Part shown: piece by piece, positions 61,074 to 64,000 of the stretch
Layout: each line of letters starts with the position of its first letter
How positions within the stretch are numbered: position 1 is the stretch's first letter
Assembly: GCA_963924565.1 (NCBI GenBank)
Contig: OZ004614.1
Location: 23,126,001 to 23,190,000 of the forward strand
DNA from: Ascidiella aspersa
Lineage: Eukaryota
Length of the DNA stretch: 64,000 bases
Direction of reading: 5' to 3'
Made by a program: the position numbers and the translations under genes
The notes under the pieces: model-generated
Told to the model about the DNA's origin: nothing
Databases searched by the model: none
What the model saw: only the letters and a program-made list of their open reading frames with translations

Positions 61074-61615
61074 AATGCCATCTCGTAAACTGAATTGGTT
61101 TCAAATGCTGCACTGCTGAATTTAATTTAATTTTTACTATTTTGTTTCTTCTGAAGAAGATAGTAGTAATATTTCAAGATGGCATTTCACGAGCGACTAC
61201 CTTAATACTAAACTTGATTTCCAACCATTAATCTACCTAATGCCATATATAACTACAAAAACAGTTTTTAAAGCTGGGATGGTTTCAAATGCTGTATTTC
61301 CACTTTTAAATCTATACACAATGGCAATGCCATCTCATACGCCACGATGCTTTAAAATGCTGCACTGTGGAATTTAATCTATTTTTTCACCATTTTGTTT
61401 TTTCTAAAGATAAAATAGTACTAATGTTTCAAGATGGCATTTTGTGAACGAAAAACTAAACACCCAACTTTATTTTCAACAATAAACTTACACAATGTTA
61501 TCTATCACTGAAAAACAGTTTTTAAAGCTGGGATGGTTTTAAATGATGTACTGCTGAATTTAACCTATGACTTTATGTTTTTTAAGGTTGGTAGTAGTAA
61601 TATTTCAAGATAGTC
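61074..61615. repeat. Degenerate ~250-bp tandem duplication, 2-3 copies
   Basis: aaaaacagtttttaaagctgggatggttt at ~61257 and 61511; agtaatatttcaagat at ~61165, 61420 and 61596. Confidence 0.75.
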
Positions 61616-62678
61616 TAAACAATTTTGACAAAAAAATGCTTAAAATTAATCAATGGCTTGCAGTGCTGAACTGACTATTTAAACGCCGAATTAAACAAAA
61701 GCGTATAAATTTGCCTCATATAATAATCACAATCGAACCTTAAATATTTTAAACTTTAGTCAAGAGATGCAACATACGTTACAATAAAACGTACAAATAG
61801 CTATATACACGGAAACAAACTCGCGGCAAACGGTCCACGGACTTTGTGTTTTTTCAATCCGCCAATCAGTCAGTTGGTTAAATTTGTTTAAGCGACAGAC
61901 AAACGGAAGTGCTTCAAATCGCAAAGGTCAACAGTCTAACTCAACACGCCATTTAATCGTTGTCGCATTTTTTTGTCAACTTTAAAGCTGTTAATTACTT
62001 GATTTTTAAGTGGTTAGTAAAAACCTTAACTCAAGATTAACTGATGATAATACAAGTGCGTATCGAAACTTCTTTATCAAGATGATGTCGATTTCCTCGA
62101 CCTTTTTGGTTTTGACATTCATTATTAAGTTAACAAAATTTAATAACAATACTTGTAAAAAATAAAAAAATGCTGCAGCATTTTGATCCCTAAAAGATGT
62201 GTAAAAACCCTAATGGACACACTTCATATACTGTCTATTTTGTTGCAACAATCAGACATCAAAAACACCCAAAACAAGATCTGCCAAATGTTCTAATTTA
62301 TCGAAAAACGCGCATTCTCAAAATAGAGAATCTCAAAACTAGATTTATACGAATCAATGCAATAGAAGTGCAGTGGGAAATAAATAAAACCCAAAACATA
62401 TTGCAAGATTTTGCAGCGTACATTGACACCACCATCATTGGTTAGTCTCAGTAAAAGTAGTTATGCAACCTGACCAATTTCGTGTTTAACAAATCTGCCA
62501 CATACATACAAATTATTACATATTGCAGTTTCAGACAACAAAACAAATCTCGCCAATGCCTATCCTATAAAAATGCAGGGAATACGCTACAGACAGGCAA
62601 ATAAAAACGTACATTAGTTTTTCCTGACCAATTAGTTCTTGATTTATCCTATTTATGAAAATAAAAAAGAGTCTAAAT

Positions 62679-62876
62679 CAGTGGTTCCTAATCTTTTTAG
62701 TCCCACAACCCTTTAAAAAAATACTTTTCTTAACTGTTGCAAACTTTAAAATTTGCTGACAAATGGGATCAAAATGCTTTAACAATAAATGCCGCATTTA
62801 ATAAATATTGCCTCACATTAAAAAAATATTCTTGTCAATCTCCAGGGTATTAGCGGGCCCTGGTTGGGAACTACTG
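62679..62876. mobile_element. Non-autonomous hAT-type MITE
   Basis: TIRs cagtggttcctaatc / ggttgggaactactg; TSD gtctaaat / gtctaaac. Confidence 0.85.
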
Positions 62877-63219
62877 GTCTAAACTCTAAAGAAGTAGCAA
62901 TTGTAAATCATTTTTTAATAATTATAACCAGCGCTGTGAACAAGTCATTTTACAATTGTCCAAATTCAAGCAATTTGTGAAATAACTGGTCCAAGCGAAG
63001 TCATTTGTCCAAAAGACTTAAGTCAAGTGAAGCCATTTGTCCAAAATACTTAGTTCAAATCAAGTCATTTAAACATAGTGACCTAAGTGCACTTTAGTCA
63101 GGTTCATTGGGTCATTCAGTTAGGTATTACAACACTGATTTTAACAGAAGTCGAAATTAAAATCAACGTGAACCCGCTAAAAAATCAGTTCTAAAAACAG
63201 CAACATCACGGAAACTCAC

Positions 63220-63241
63220 CGGACTGAAGCGTCTTCGGCAT
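63220..63241 (-). CDS. Candidate distal alternative first coding exon (MPKTLQS-)
   Basis: aaagtATG context; 22 nt ending in CCG|gtgagt, phase 1, compatible with the exon at 30910; lies within a GC-richer block (63220-63600). Confidence 0.45.
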
Positions 63242-64000
63242 ACTTTCTTCACAAGCGCGCGCAGAGTTAAAAAAATATCCCAAAACGTGTTGTTCACGGT
63301 CCAAGTTGTCGGCCTTGACACAATAACAACAAGACGAACGTTGTGGGTCGATCACGGAAGCCAGAACAAGTCTCTTCCGCACAGTTTGACTCGCTTATGG
63401 CAACGAGGCGCGCGTGCCGTTTCGCTGATGGTGCAACGCGATTTGGCCAGGTTTAAAGGCCATTCTAAAGGGGCCAGGCACCCTTTTGGGGCCTCTGTGC
63501 TGTTTACTGTTGGCCAGGCCTCGAAGAGCGATGTTTTTGGCCATTTGAACGGTTATTTGCGGTGCTGCTTGTTTTTTTGTAATTTACCAAGGCGTTTTAA
63601 GCTAACCCGACCCAATTTTTTACGCCGTATATTCCAGATATTTCCCTTGATCTAAGCTCTGCAAGAACTTGTGGTTATTCATTTTGATGAAACCTAAAGA
63701 TACTGGTAGAAGTTACGATTTAAATGAAAGAAAAAATTAGATTTTTAGGGTAAAAAAAGTATAAAAAATACATTCAAACTATAAAAAGAAACACTTTCCT
63801 CCTTGGGCCGTAAAAGATATATTTAGGATGTTTCCAACCGCCTTTGCAAACTGGCAAGAGGATTGAAATCCGCAAAGTGACAAATTATAAAAAAAATGCT
63901 TTGGAGCATAATAGTTGGAGATTGTAGTAAGACGTATTAAGAATATCAAAGCCATACATAAGTAGGTAGCACTTTGAACGTTTCGGAATTTTCTATATTC

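Overview
Eukaryotic (invertebrate, probably tunicate-like; inferred, not verified) genomic DNA, roughly 38% GC. Nearly the whole window is the 5' part of one large minus-strand teneurin (Ten-m/Odz) gene. I assembled 12 phase-consistent GT-AG coding exons from about 39128 down to 523. They encode the intracellular domain, the type II transmembrane helix (CSWRC motif), the Ig-like region with an RKRR furin site, and EGF repeats 1-7, including the diagnostic Cys-to-Tyr/Phe substitutions in EGF2 and EGF5. The gene continues off the left edge. The most unusual signals are in splicing architecture: (i) a ~795-nt AG-exclusion zone with a distant branch point and polypyrimidine tract in the EGF5-EGF6 intron, with a NAGNAG acceptor, a candidate 12-nt microexon and four sense-strand TGCATG motifs; (ii) a cluster of candidate 3-21 nt microexons and phase-1 cassette or alternative first exons for the intracellular domain; (iii) a 200-bp tandem duplication that copies the EGF7 donor site. 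Introns contain Penelope-type minimal hammerhead-ribozyme motifs in inverted pairs, hAT MITEs with 8-bp TSDs, a Tc1/mariner fragment, tRNA-derived SINE-like copies, minisatellites and a strong excess of TGACGTCA. No prokaryotic genes or CRISPR arrays are present. All splice isoforms are predictions from sequence only.
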